Below, piece by piece: positions 1 to 8,894 of a stretch of DNA of 15,919 nt. The stretch is from assembly GCA_031459535.1 (NCBI GenBank), contig JAVKIJ010000076.1:1-15919 (forward strand), given 5' to 3'. The position numbers and the translations under genes were made by a program. The notes under the pieces were generated by a model. That model was not told the origin of the DNA, did not search any database, and saw only the letters and a program-made list of their open reading frames with translations. Each line of letters opens with the position of its first letter. Position 1 is the stretch's first letter. This DNA is from Candidatus Fervidifonticultor quintus (GTDB taxonomy: Bacteria; Sysuimicrobiota; Sysuimicrobiia; Sysuimicrobiales; Humicultoraceae).

Positions 1-1
1 C

Positions 2-274
2 GAGGCGGCCCGCCGCACAATCACCCGCTTCATCAAGCGGGGCGGCAAGCTGTGGATTCGGGTCTTTCCCGACAAGCCGGTCACGAAGAAGCCGGCCGAG
101 ACCCGCATGGGCAGCGGCAAGGGCAACCCGGAGTTCTGGGTGGCGGTGGTGCGGCCGGGCCGGATGCTGTTCGAGCTAGCCGGCGTCCCGGAGGAACAGG
201 CCCGGCAGGCCATGACCCTGGCCTCGCACAAGCTGCCCATCAAGACCAAGTTTGTGTCGCGGGTGGTGGCGTGA
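2..274 (+). CDS. rplP: 50S ribosomal protein uL16 (5'-truncated by window start)
   Basis: Frame 2, translated by hand: [50 protein letters not shown]...[16 protein letters not shown]. Contains the L16 RMGSGKG motif. TGA at 272-274. Not in the ORF track. Confidence 0.97.
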   Translation, partial: EAARRTITRFIKRGGKLWIRVFPDKPVTKKPAETRMGSGKGNPEFWVAVVRPGRMLFELAGVPEEQARQAMTLASHKLPIKTKFVSRVVA

Positions 275-276
275 CC

Positions 277-471
277 ATGAAGGCGAGTGCCCTGCGGGAG
301 ATGACGCTGGCCGAACTGGCCAAGAAACTGGACGAGACTCAGCGAGAACTGTGGGCACAGCGCCTGAAGGTCTCGCAGCAGCGGAAGGTGGCCAAGATTC
401 GCGGACTGCGCCGCGACATCGCCCGAATCAAGCAAGTGATGGCGGCGCACGGCCCGGCAGGCTGGCGGTAA
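277..471 (+). CDS. rpmC: 50S ribosomal protein uL29
   Basis: ATG 277 inside ORF 52..471 gives [18 protein letters not shown]...[13 protein letters not shown] (64 aa). L29 pattern, located between rplP and rpsQ. Confidence 0.93.
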   Translation: MKASALREMTLAELAKKLDETQRELWAQRLKVSQQRKVAKIRGLRRDIARIKQVMAAHGPAGWR

Positions 472-488
472 GGGCCGAGGAGAGACCC

Positions 489-746
489 ATGGCGGAGCGC
501 GGGAAGCGAAAAGTGCAGGTCGGCGTGGTTACCAGCGACAAGATGACGAAGACCGTCGTGGTCCGGATCGAGACCACCAGGCGCCATCCACTCTACAAGA
601 AGACCATGCAGCGGTTCCACACGCTGAAGGCCCATGATGAGGCCCAGGCCGCCAGGGTTGGTGATCGGGTCAAGATCATGGAGACCCGGCCGCTGTCCAA
701 GGACAAGTGCTGGCGGGTGGTCGAGATCCTGGAGCGGGCCCGCTGA
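489..746 (+). CDS. rpsQ: 30S ribosomal protein uS17
   Basis: ATG 489 after [20 protein letters not shown]...HPLYKK...[18 protein letters not shown] are S17 motifs. Confidence 0.97.
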   Translation: MAERGKRKVQVGVVTSDKMTKTVVVRIETTRRHPLYKKTMQRFHTLKAHDEAQAARVGDRVKIMETRPLSKDKCWRVVEILERAR

Positions 747-769
747 GCTGGCCGCGGTAGGGGAGTCCC

Positions 770-1138
770 ATGATTCAGCAACAGAGCCGTCTCAAGGTTG
801 CGGACAATACCGGCGCCAGGGAGCTGCTGTGCATCCGTGTCGTGGGCGGGTCGCATCGGCGGTACGCGACCGTGGGGGACGTCATCGTGGCGTCGGTGAA
901 GGTGGCGATTCCCAACAGCCCGGTGAAGAAGGGTGACGTGGTGCGCGCCGTGGTGGTGAGGACCAAGAAGGAGCTGCGGCGCCCGGATGGGTCGTACATT
1001 CGATTCGACGACAACGCGGCGGTCTTGCTCTCGGACGCCGCCAACCCCAAGGGCACCCGCATCTTCGGGCCCGTGGCGAGGGAACTGCGCGAGAAACAGT
1101 TCATGAAGATCATCTCGCTCGCGCCGGAAGTGCTGTAG
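770..1138 (+). CDS. rplN: 50S ribosomal protein uL14
   Basis: [16 protein letters not shown]...[11 protein letters not shown]...[13 protein letters not shown]...IISLAPEVL, 122 aa. SD GGGGAG upstream. Confidence 0.99.
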   Translation: MIQQQSRLKVADNTGARELLCIRVVGGSHRRYATVGDVIVASVKVAIPNSPVKKGDVVRAVVVRTKKELRRPDGSYIRFDDNAAVLLSDAANPKGTRIFGPVARELREKQFMKIISLAPEVL

Positions 1139-1162
1139 CTGGCGCGGGCTGGAGGCGGACGG

Positions 1163-1504
1163 ATGGCAGTGATCAGTGCGCGGCCCCGCGTGCACCTCCG
1201 AAAGGGGGACATGGTGGAGGTCATCGGCGGGAAGTACCGCGGAAAGCGGGGGAAGGTGTTGCAGGTGAGCACCAAGGACGGGCGAGCCATTGTGGAGAGC
1301 GTGAATCTGGTCAAGCGCCACATGAAGCCCAGCCAGAAGGTGCCCCAGGGCGGGATCGTCGAGAAAGAGGCCCCGCTTCCCGCAGCCCGCTTGATGGTCG
1401 TTTGTCCCAGGTGCGGCGAGGCAGCCAGGATGGGCCATCGGGTCTTGGGGGATGGGACCAAGGTACGCTACTGCAAGCGCTGCGGCGAGTCCCTGGAGTC
1501 GTAG
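1163..1504 (+). CDS. rplX: 50S ribosomal protein uL24 (with C-terminal CxxC...CxxC motif)
   Basis: KOW motif [33 protein letters not shown]...CKRC. SD GGAGG upstream. Confidence 0.97.
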   Translation: MAVISARPRVHLRKGDMVEVIGGKYRGKRGKVLQVSTKDGRAIVESVNLVKRHMKPSQKVPQGGIVEKEAPLPAARLMVVCPRCGEAARMGHRVLGDGTKVRYCKRCGESLES

Positions 1505-1515
1505 GAGCGAGGCAG

Positions 1516-2079
1516 ATGATGGCACCCCGACTCAAGGAGCGGTATCGAACGGAGGTGGCGCCCAGGTTGCGGGAGCGCTTCGCGCTGCGCAACGTGATGG
1601 AGGTGCCGCGAGTGGAGAAGGTGGTCATCAATGTGCGGGTGGGGACCGCTGTCTCCGATCCGCGCCATGTTGACAAGGCGGTCGAGGAGGTTGCGACCAT
1701 CACCGGACAGAAGCCTGTGGTCACCCGTGCGCGGCGTTCGATCGCCGCGTTCAAGCTGCGGCAGGGCATGCCCATCGGTGTCAAGGTGACGCTGCGCGGC
1801 GACCGCATGTACGAATTCCTTGACAAGTTGTTCAATGTGGCGCTGCCGCGCATCAAGGACTTCAAAGGGGTCTCCGAGCGGGCATTCGACGGCCGCGGCA
1901 ACCTGAACATTGGGATCAAGGAGCAGCTGATCTTCCCCGAGATCGAGTACGACAAGGTGGACAGGATCCGGGGGCTCGATATCACCGTGGTCACCACGGC
2001 CCCCAACGATGAACAGGCCCGGGAACTGTTGCGCGGGCTGGGATTGCCGCTGCGCGAGGCCGTGGTCTCGGGCGCATGA
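1516..2079 (+). CDS. rplE: 50S ribosomal protein uL5
   Basis: ATG 1516 (or 1519) after [19 protein letters not shown]...[34 protein letters not shown]...FDGRGN...EQLIFPEI. Confidence 0.98.
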   Translation: MMAPRLKERYRTEVAPRLRERFALRNVMEVPRVEKVVINVRVGTAVSDPRHVDKAVEEVATITGQKPVVTRARRSIAAFKLRQGMPIGVKVTLRGDRMYEFLDKLFNVALPRIKDFKGVSERAFDGRGNLNIGIKEQLIFPEIEYDKVDRIRGLDITVVTTAPNDEQARELLRGLGLPLREAVVSGA

Positions 2080-2098
2080 GCTGAGAGAGGAGGCACGC

Positions 2099-2284
2099 GT
2101 GCCCAAGAAGTCGATCATCGAACGCTGGAAGCGCAAGCCCAAGTTCAAAGTGCGGGCCTATAGTCGCTGCCGCCGGTGCGGACGCCCGCGGGCGGTGTTC
2201 CGCCAGCTCGGCTTGTGCCGCATCTGTCTCCGGCAGCTTGCCTATCGCGGCGAGATCCCCGGTATGGTGAAGGCCAGCTGGTAG
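2099..2284 (+). CDS. rpsZ: 30S ribosomal protein uS14, type Z (short, Zn-binding C+ form)
   Basis: GTG 2099 after GAGGAGG. 61 aa MPKKSII...RCRRCGRPR...[23 protein letters not shown] with two CxxC pairs. Confidence 0.97.
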   Translation: MPKKSIIERWKRKPKFKVRAYSRCRRCGRPRAVFRQLGLCRICLRQLAYRGEIPGMVKASW

Positions 2285-2297
2285 GGAGGAGACCGCT

Positions 2298-2702
2298 GTG
2301 GGTGGCGTCATAACCGATTCCATCGCGGACATGCTGACCCGGCTGCGCAACGCCAATGCGGCCCGGCACGATCATGTCCTGGTTCCGGCGAGCCGGCTCA
2401 AGCTGGAGATCGCCAGGATCCTCAAGAACGAAGGCTACCTGGCCGACGTCCAGGTCATCGAGCGGCGGCCTCATAACCAGCTGCGGCTGCAGCTGCGCTA
2501 CGGACCCCGGCGCCAGCAGATCCTAACAGGGATCCGCCGCGTGAGCCGGCCGGGACTGCGCGTCTACGCCAAACGCAGCGCCGTGCCCCGAGTCCGCGGC
2601 GGCATGGGTGTGGCGATTCTGTCCACATCTTCGGGCCTGATGACAGACCGTCAGGCGCGCCAGGCGGGCGTCGGCGGCGAGGTGATCTGCTATGTCTGGT
2701 GA
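2298..2702 (+). CDS. rpsH: 30S ribosomal protein uS8
   Basis: [14 protein letters not shown]...SRPGLRVY...[36 protein letters not shown] start after GGGAGGA. Confidence 0.98.
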   Translation: MGGVITDSIADMLTRLRNANAARHDHVLVPASRLKLEIARILKNEGYLADVQVIERRPHNQLRLQLRYGPRRQQILTGIRRVSRPGLRVYAKRSAVPRVRGGMGVAILSTSSGLMTDRQARQAGVGGEVICYVW

Positions 2703-2727
2703 GGATGCCGGCGAGAGGAGCTGAGGA

Positions 2728-3279
2728 ATGTCGCGCATCGGGCGTCTGCCTGTGACGCTGCCCAAGGGCGTGGAGGTCAGGGTGACGGGCCGCACCGTGG
2801 AGGTCCGTGGACCGAGGGGAACTCTGGTTCGGGACGTGCACCCGGACATGGGGGTGGCCGTCTCGGGCGGCGCCGTGGCCGTCAGCCGCCCCACCGACCT
2901 GCGGCATCACCGAGCCCTGCACGGGCTCACCCGGGCGCTGATCGCCAACATGATCAGAGGCGTGGTCGAAGGGTATCGCGTCGACCTGGAGATCCACGGC
3001 GTGGGCTATCGGGCGGTCAAGCAGGGACGGCAGGTCGTCCTCCAGGTGGGCTTCTCCCATCCTGTGGAGGTGACGCCGCCACCGGGAGTCGAGATTGAGG
3101 TGCCGGCGCCCAACCGGCTGTCAGTGGTCGGGACCGACAAGGAGAAAGTGGGACAGATGGCCGCCTCGTTGCGAGCGATTCGGCCCCCGGATCCCTACAA
3201 GGGGAAAGGAATCCGCTACGCTGGCGAACGGCTCCGGCTGAAGGCGGGCAAGGCCGGAAAGGCCGTGGGCAAGACGTAG
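2728..3279 (+). CDS. rplF: 50S ribosomal protein uL6
   Basis: MSRIGRLPV...[15 protein letters not shown]...GVGYRA...[13 protein letters not shown]. Confidence 0.98.
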   Translation: MSRIGRLPVTLPKGVEVRVTGRTVEVRGPRGTLVRDVHPDMGVAVSGGAVAVSRPTDLRHHRALHGLTRALIANMIRGVVEGYRVDLEIHGVGYRAVKQGRQVVLQVGFSHPVEVTPPPGVEIEVPAPNRLSVVGTDKEKVGQMAASLRAIRPPDPYKGKGIRYAGERLRLKAGKAGKAVGKT

Positions 3280-3302
3280 ACTGGAATTGGGAGAGGAACG
3301 GC

Positions 3303-3671
3303 ATGCTCACGCGATCTAGTCGCAACAGGCTCCGGCTTCGTCGTCACATGCGCGCGCGGCGCGGCCTGACAGGCTCGGCACAGCGGCCACGGCTGTCCGT
3401 GTTCCGCAGCCTCAAGCAGATCTACGCCCAGGTGGTCGACGACGAAGCGGGCCAGACCCTGGTGGCCGCCTCGACGCTCGACCCCGAGATCCGCCCGCGC
3501 GTGGTCGGCAAGACGAAGACCGAGGCCGCGGCTGTGGTGGGTGAGGTGCTGGCCCGGCGGGCTCGGGCCAAGGGGATCGCGGCCGTCGTGTTCGACCGCG
3601 GGGGCTATCTCTACCACGGCCGCGTGCGGGCTCTAGCCGATGCGGCCCGGACTGCCGGCCTGCAGTTCTGA
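3303..3671 (+). CDS. rplR: 50S ribosomal protein uL18
   Basis: [20 protein letters not shown]...[22 protein letters not shown]. Confidence 0.98.
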   Translation: MLTRSSRNRLRLRRHMRARRGLTGSAQRPRLSVFRSLKQIYAQVVDDEAGQTLVAASTLDPEIRPRVVGKTKTEAAAVVGEVLARRARAKGIAAVVFDRGGYLYHGRVRALADAARTAGLQF

Positions 3672-3691
3672 AATCAGTCAGGGGGAGTGAC

Positions 3692-4204
3692 GTGCCGTCA
3701 CGCATCGATCCATCCAGCGTGAACTTGACCGTGGAGAAGACGGTCTTCATCAACCGCGTCGCCAAGGTCACCAAGGGTGCCAAACGCTTCAAGTTCGCGG
3801 CGCTGGTCGTCGTCGGTGACGAGAACGGCACCGTGGGCGTCGGCCTGGGCAAGGCGTCCGAGGTGCCCGATGCCATCCGCAAGGCGGTGGAGGACGCCAA
3901 AAAGGGGTTGCTGCAGGTGAGGCGTGTCGGGACCACGATTCCCCACGAGGTCGTGGGTACCTTCGGCGCTTCGAGTGTCCTGCTGCGGCCGGCTTCTCCC
4001 GGGACGGGCGTCATCGCCGGAGGCGCGGTGCGGGCGGTCCTGGAAGCCGCGGGTATCAAAGACATTTTGACCAAGGCGCTGGGCTCGACCAACCCCATCA
4101 ATGTGGCACGGGCGACGCTTGCGGGGCTGGAGGCCTTGCGGCTGCCAGACGAGGTGGCGCGGATGCGCGGCCGGCCGGTTGAGGAGCTGGCGGTCAGGAC
4201 GTAG
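3692..4204 (+). CDS. rpsE: 30S ribosomal protein uS5
   Basis: [24 protein letters not shown]...[13 protein letters not shown]...[25 protein letters not shown] start after GGGGGAG, ends in tandem TAG TAG. Confidence 0.98.
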   Translation: MPSRIDPSSVNLTVEKTVFINRVAKVTKGAKRFKFAALVVVGDENGTVGVGLGKASEVPDAIRKAVEDAKKGLLQVRRVGTTIPHEVVGTFGASSVLLRPASPGTGVIAGGAVRAVLEAAGIKDILTKALGSTNPINVARATLAGLEALRLPDEVARMRGRPVEELAVRT

Positions 4205-4216
4205 TAGGGGGAGATC

Positions 4217-4687
4217 ATGCCGCTTGTCGCACAGTTGAAACCTGCCGCAGGAGCGCGCCGGCGGCGCCGCCGCGTGGGGCGTGGGTTGGGCTCCGGCCGC
4301 GGCGTCTACGCCGGCAAGGGCCGTAAGGGTCAGAAAGCCCGGTCCGGGGTTCGGATGGTGCCCGGATTCGAAGGCGGCCAGACACGGCTCGTCAAGCGGC
4401 TGCCCTACCAGAGGGGTGTGCGCGGGGCGGGAAGCAACATGACCGGCGGCCGCCCCAGGCCCCGGCCCCAGGAGGTTGGGCTCGGCGACCTCAACCGGTT
4501 CTCCGCCGGCACCGAGGTGACCCCCGCGATCCTCCGCGCCGCGGGGCTTGTCGGTGCCGGCGCCGTGAAGATTCTGGCCACGGGGCGACTCTCGGTGCCC
4601 CTCACCGTGCGCGCTCATGCGTTCAGCGAAGGCGCCCGGAAGGCCATTCAGGCCGCTGGCGGCAAGGCGGAGGTCTTGAGCAGATGA
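4217..4687 (+). CDS. rplO: 50S ribosomal protein uL15
   Basis: RVGRGLGSG...KGQKARSG...[14 protein letters not shown]...VKILATG...[15 protein letters not shown]. Confidence 0.97.
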   Translation: MPLVAQLKPAAGARRRRRRVGRGLGSGRGVYAGKGRKGQKARSGVRMVPGFEGGQTRLVKRLPYQRGVRGAGSNMTGGRPRPRPQEVGLGDLNRFSAGTEVTPAILRAAGLVGAGAVKILATGRLSVPLTVRAHAFSEGARKAIQAAGGKAEVLSR

Positions 4688-5964
4688 TGCAGGTTCGCTC
4701 CCTGTCCAACCCGCTCCGCATCCCCGACCTGCGCCGGCGGCTGGCGTTCACGGCCATCATGCTGGCCCTCTACCGGTTGGGCGCCCACCTGCCCGTGCCG
4801 GGCGTGGACGTGAGCAGGCTGGAGAACCTGTTCCGGCAACAGGGTAGCCTGTTCAGCTTCCTGGATCTGTTCGTCGGCGGAGCGCTGTCGAACTTCGCGA
4901 TCTTCGCGCTGGGCGTCTTTCCCTATATCACCGCGTCCATCATCTTCAGTCTCCTCCAGGTGGTGTTCCCGCGGCTCAAGGAGATGGCCACCGAGGAGGG
5001 CGAAGCCGGGCGGCGCCGCATCGGCATGTACACCCGGTACCTGACCGTGGCGCTCGCGGTGCTCCAGGGATGGGGGCAGTTGATGGTGATTCGCAGCCAG
5101 GCGGCGGTGCCGGATCAGCGGCCGCTCACCCTGGCCACCATCATCATCACCCTGGTCGCCGGCACCATGCTGCTCACATGGATGGGCGAAATCATGACCG
5201 AGCACGGGGTCGGCAACGGCGTCTCGCTCATCATCTTCGGCGGCATCGTGGCTCGGCTACCAGCCCAGACCGCGCAGACCCTGACGCTGGTGCGGGCCGG
5301 TGAGGTGGCCTGGTGGCAGTTCCTGCTGGACGTGGCGGTCATCCTGCTCAGCATCGTGGCCGTGGTGGCGGTCACCTCCGCAGTGCGCAAGATCCCGGTG
5401 CAGTACGCCAAACGCGTGGTGGGCCGGCGCGTCTACGGTGGTCAATCCACCCACCTGCCGATGCGGCTCATCCAGGCCGGCGTCATCCCCATCATCTTCG
5501 CAGTCTCGGTGCTGCAGTTCCCCGGCACCATCGCCCAGTTCTCCCGGTGGGAGTGGCTGCAGCGGTGGGGGGCGCAGATCCTGCCCGGCCAGCCGCTCGG
5601 CGACGTCCTGTACTTTATCCTGATCATCCTCTTCACGTATTTCTACACCGCAGTCCAGTTCGACCCCAACGACGTCTCGGACAACATCAAGAAGTACGGT
5701 GGCTTCATCCCGGGCATCAGGCCCGGGAAGCCCACGGCCGACTATCTCGGCAGGGTCACCGAGCGGTTGACCCTGGTGGGCGCGCTCACGCTGGCCGTCA
5801 TCGCCATCGCGCCCATCTACCTGGCCCGGGGCGCGGCTGGGGGTGTTCTGACCGTCTACCTGGCCGGCACCTCGCTGCTCATCGTGGTGGGCGTGGCGCT
5901 GGAGACCATGAAGCAGCTCGAGGCTTACGTCCTCATGCGGCACTACGAAGGGTTCATGAAGTGA
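4684..5964 (+). CDS. secY: Preprotein translocase subunit SecY
   Basis: About 10 hydrophobic segments. IFALGVFPYITASII, GVGNGVSLIIFGGI, AGVIPIIFA, GGFIPGIRPGKPT, GTSLLIVVGVALET motifs. Start at 4684 or 4687. Confidence 0.98.
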   Translation: MMQVRSLSNPLRIPDLRRRLAFTAIMLALYRLGAHLPVPGVDVSRLENLFRQQGSLFSFLDLFVGGALSNFAIFALGVFPYITASIIFSLLQVVFPRLKEMATEEGEAGRRRIGMYTRYLTVALAVLQGWGQLMVIRSQAAVPDQRPLTLATIIITLVAGTMLLTWMGEIMTEHGVGNGVSLIIFGGIVARLPAQTAQTLTLVRAGEVAWWQFLLDVAVILLSIVAVVAVTSAVRKIPVQYAKRVVGRRVYGGQSTHLPMRLIQAGVIPIIFAVSVLQFPGTIAQFSRWEWLQRWGAQILPGQPLGDVLYFILIILFTYFYTAVQFDPNDVSDNIKKYGGFIPGIRPGKPTADYLGRVTERLTLVGALTLAVIAIAPIYLARGAAGGVLTVYLAGTSLLIVVGVALETMKQLEAYVLMRHYEGFMK

Positions 5965-6617
5965 ACCTGGTGTTTCTCGGGCCGCCGGGGGCCGGTAAGG
6001 GCACGCAGGCGCGCCTGCTGGCTCGGCGGGCCGGCATCCCCCACATCTCGACCGGGGATATGCTGCGCGCGGCGATTGCCGGCGGCAGCGTGGAGGGATT
6101 GGAGGCCGAACGGTACGTACGGGCCGGCGAGCTGGTGCCGGATGCGGTCATGATCGGTATCATCGCCAGCCGGCTGCAGGAGCCCGATGCGGTGCCGGGG
6201 TTCATCCTGGACGGGTTCCCTCGGACACTGGCCCAGGCGGAGGGCCTGGAGGCCGTGATGGCACGGCTGCGCCGACGCCTCGACCACGTCATCTACTTCG
6301 ACGTCGGCGAGGAGACGGTGATCCGTCGGTTGGGCGGCCGTCGCGTGTGCCGGGCCGCTGGCCACATCTACCACGTGACCTCGCACCCGCCAGCAGTGGC
6401 CGATGTCTGCGACATCGACGGCAGCCCGCTGTACATGCGGGAAGACGACCTGCCGGAGACGGTGCGCCGGCGGCTGCTGGTCTACAGGGAGCAGACCGCT
6501 CCGCTGCTGGCCTTCTATCAGGCCCGCGGTCTCTTCGTGGCCGTTGACGCCGAAGGCGACGTGGAGAGCGTGGCGAACCGGCTGGCCGCGGTCCTGGCAC
6601 CGCGTGTGAGGCCGTGA
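5961..6617 (+). CDS. adk: Adenylate kinase (long-LID type)
   Basis: GTG 5961 overlaps the secY TGA and lies within ORF 5313..6617. P-loop GPPGAGKGTQ, HISTGDMLR, GFILDGFPRT, REDD. Confidence 0.97.
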   Translation: MNLVFLGPPGAGKGTQARLLARRAGIPHISTGDMLRAAIAGGSVEGLEAERYVRAGELVPDAVMIGIIASRLQEPDAVPGFILDGFPRTLAQAEGLEAVMARLRRRLDHVIYFDVGEETVIRRLGGRRVCRAAGHIYHVTSHPPAVADVCDIDGSPLYMREDDLPETVRRRLLVYREQTAPLLAFYQARGLFVAVDAEGDVESVANRLAAVLAPRVRP

Positions 6618-7396
6618 AACCCACCCAGGTGATCATCACCAAGACCGTCGACGACCTGGCGCGGATGCGCCGGGCCGGGCGGTTGGCTGCCCGGGTCGTG
6701 GAAGAGGTGGCAAGAACCGTGGCACCGGGCATTGTGACCGCGGCCCTGGACCGGCTCGCCGAGACGCTGATCCGGGACCACGGCGGTGTGCCCTCCTTCA
6801 AGGGCTATCGCGGGTACCCGGCAAGCATCTGCATCTCGATTGACGATGAGGTCGTCCACGGGATCCCTGGCCCCCGGGTGATCCGGGAGGGACAGATTGT
6901 CTCGATCGACATCGGGGTCTTTCTGGATGGCTTCCACGCCGATGTGGCGATGACCGTGCCCGCAGGGGAGGTGACGCCCGCGGTCCGCCGCCTGCTGGCG
7001 ACAGCGCAGGCTGCCCTCGACGCCGGCATCGCCGCCGCACAGCCCGGTGCCACCCTGGGAGACGTCTCGTGGGCGATCCAGTCCGTCGTGGAGTCGGCTG
7101 GGTTCTCGGCAGTGCGCGACTTCGCCGGTCACGGCATCGGCCGGACCCTGCACGAGGATCCACAGGTGCCCAACGTGGGACGCCCGGGTACCGGTCCCCA
7201 GCTCCGCGTGGGCATGACGCTGGCGATCGAGCCGATGGTCAACATGGGGGGACCGGACGTGACCGTGGACGACGACGGTTGGACGGTGCGCACCCGCGAC
7301 CATTCCCCGTCGGCTCACGTGGAGCACACGGTGGCGATCACGGCCAGGGGCCCCGAGATCCTCACTAGACTCGACGGGGCAGGACCCGTATACTGA
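6614..7396 (+). CDS. map: Type I methionine aminopeptidase
   Basis: [25 protein letters not shown]. Metal ligands in SIDIG, HADVA, GHGIG, IEPM and HVEHT. Alternative GTG start at 6629. Confidence 0.97.
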   Translation: MKPTQVIITKTVDDLARMRRAGRLAARVVEEVARTVAPGIVTAALDRLAETLIRDHGGVPSFKGYRGYPASICISIDDEVVHGIPGPRVIREGQIVSIDIGVFLDGFHADVAMTVPAGEVTPAVRRLLATAQAALDAGIAAAQPGATLGDVSWAIQSVVESAGFSAVRDFAGHGIGRTLHEDPQVPNVGRPGTGPQLRVGMTLAIEPMVNMGGPDVTVDDDGWTVRTRDHSPSAHVEHTVAITARGPEILTRLDGAGPVY

Positions 7397-7693
7397 ATGG
7401 TTGCGGATCGCGCGCCACGCACTTCCCCGGCGGACCTTGTCGGCATGGTAGTGACCTCGCGCGCCGGCCGAGACGCGGGAGATCGCTACGTGGTGTTGGC
7501 CGTCTCCGGAAGCGACATGGTGCTGGTCGCGGACGGGCGCCGTCGCGGGCTGGATCGTCCGAAGCGGAAGAACGTCAAGCACCTGATCGTGCACGGACCG
7601 GCTGGGTCCGTCGCGGAGCGGCTGCGCGCGGGCCAGACGATCACGGATCAGGAGCTGCGCGACGCGCTCAGCGCGGCGACGGAGGGCGAATGA
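7397..7693 (+). CDS. KOW-domain RNA-binding protein, eL14/L6E/L27E-like (YbzG-like), function uncharacterised
   Basis: [20 protein letters not shown]...[21 protein letters not shown] matches the family found between map and infA in Bacillota-type clusters. Confidence 0.85.
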   Translation: MVADRAPRTSPADLVGMVVTSRAGRDAGDRYVVLAVSGSDMVLVADGRRRGLDRPKRKNVKHLIVHGPAGSVAERLRAGQTITDQELRDALSAATEGE

Positions 7694-7908
7694 CAAAGCA
7701 GGATGCCATCGAAGTGGAGGGGACCGTGGCGGAGGTGCTTCCCAACGCCATGTTCCGGGTGCAACTGACGAGCGGGCACAAGGTCCTGGCGCACATCTCC
7801 GGCAAGATGCGCATCCACTTCATCAGGATCTTGCCCGGTGATCGGGTCAAGGTGGAGCTCTCGCCGTACGATCCCACCCGGGGGCGAATCACGTACCGCT
7901 ACCGGTAG
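7690..7908 (+). CDS. infA: Translation initiation factor IF-1
   Basis: 72 aa, [18 protein letters not shown]...[37 protein letters not shown]. Confidence 0.99.
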   Translation: MTKQDAIEVEGTVAEVLPNAMFRVQLTSGHKVLAHISGKMRIHFIRILPGDRVKVELSPYDPTRGRITYRYR

Positions 7909-7930
7909 ACCCCACAAGGGGAGTCGAGAC

Positions 7931-8044
7931 ATGAAAGTGCGAGCGTCAGTGCGGACCATGTGCGAGAAGTGCAAGATCGTCAAGCGCGGGCGACGGGTGC
8001 TCGTGATCTGCGAGAACCCCAAGCACAAGCAGAAGCAGGGGTAG
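7931..8044 (+). CDS. rpmJ: 50S ribosomal protein bL36 (Zn-ribbon C+ form)
   Basis: ATG 7931 gives [37 protein letters not shown] (37 aa). Confidence 0.98.
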   Translation: MKVRASVRTMCEKCKIVKRGRRVLVICENPKHKQKQG

Positions 8045-8054
8045 GAGGAGCGGG

Positions 8055-8456
8055 ATGGCGCGCATCGCTGGAGTGGACCTGCCGAGGGACAAGCGCATCG
8101 AGGCGGCCCTTCCCTACATTTATGGGATCGGACACGGCCGGGCGCAACAGATCTGCCGGGCGACCGGTGTGAACCCCGACACCCGGGTCAAGCACTTGGC
8201 CGAGGACGAGGTGACCCGCTTGAGGGACTACATCGAGCGTCACTTCAAAGTCGAAGGCGATCTGCGGCGTGACGTGGCCATGGACATCCGGCGCCTGGTG
8301 GAGATCGGCGCCTATCGGGGGATCAGGCACAAGAAGGGCCTGCCGGTCCGAGGTCAGCGAACGCGCACCAACGCCAGGACCCGTAAGGGGCCCAGGAAGA
8401 CCGTCGGGGTGCGGCGCAAGGCGGTCGCGCCGGCGGGTGCACCGGCCCAGAGATAG
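8055..8456 (+). CDS. rpsM: 30S ribosomal protein uS13
   Basis: [14 protein letters not shown]...IYGIG...[34 protein letters not shown] upstream. Confidence 0.99.
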   Translation: MARIAGVDLPRDKRIEAALPYIYGIGHGRAQQICRATGVNPDTRVKHLAEDEVTRLRDYIERHFKVEGDLRRDVAMDIRRLVEIGAYRGIRHKKGLPVRGQRTRTNARTRKGPRKTVGVRRKAVAPAGAPAQR

Positions 8457-8474
8457 CGACGAGGGAGCAGGAAC

Positions 8475-8861
8475 ATGGCCAACAAGCCTCGGACACGCCG
8501 GCGCGAGCGGAAGAATGTCCCGGTGGGTACTGCCCACATTCGCTCGAGCTTCAACAACACCGTGGTGACCATCACCGATCCGAAAGGCAACGTCATCGCT
8601 TGGTCGAGCGCTGGAACGGTGGGCTTCAAGGGGTCGCGGAAGGGGACGCCGTTTGCCGCCAGTGTGGCCGCCGAGACTGCGGCCCGCAAGGCCATGGAAC
8701 ACGGGCTGCGCCAGATCGAGGTCCTGGTGCGGGGGCCAGGTGCCGGCCGCGAGGCGGCGATCCGGTCGCTACAGTCGGCGGGGCTCGAGGTCAACCTGAT
8801 CAAGGACGTCACGCCGGTGCCTCACAACGGCTGCCGTCCCCCCAAGCGGCGCCGCGTGTAG
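8475..8861 (+). CDS. rpsK: 30S ribosomal protein uS11
   Basis: [16 protein letters not shown]...[13 protein letters not shown]...[11 protein letters not shown]...[18 protein letters not shown]. Confidence 0.99.
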   Translation: MANKPRTRRRERKNVPVGTAHIRSSFNNTVVTITDPKGNVIAWSSAGTVGFKGSRKGTPFAASVAAETAARKAMEHGLRQIEVLVRGPGAGREAAIRSLQSAGLEVNLIKDVTPVPHNGCRPPKRRRV

Positions 8862-8894
8862 CCGTGGTCGATCCGAGAGGTTGAGGAGGAGCGC

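Noticed and set aside
52-488. Upstream extensions of rpmC and rpsQ in the ORF track (also 1402, 2009 and 7838 for rplE, rpsZ and rpmJ)
   Set aside because: They overlap the preceding genes in other frames. SD-associated internal starts give canonical protein lengths.
747-769. Internal spc promoter (and an alpha promoter at 8045-8054) as in E. coli
   Set aside because: The spacers are only 23 and 10 nt, with no -10-like AT-rich hexamer.
1500-1600. uS8 autoregulatory operator at the rplX-rplE junction
   Set aside because: I could not identify the helix-21-mimic stem by eye. A covariance-model search would be needed.
5313-5960. Apparent N-terminal extension of adenylate kinase (ORF 5313..6617, 434 aa)
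   Set aside because: The extension is an out-of-frame overlap with secY with low-complexity R/G/P/H content. The Adk fold begins at GTG 5961.
7908-7925. Small hairpin GACCCC-ACAA-GGGGAGTC over the rpmJ SD
   Set aside because: It has only 4-6 bp, which is expected by chance at this GC content, and there is no other support.
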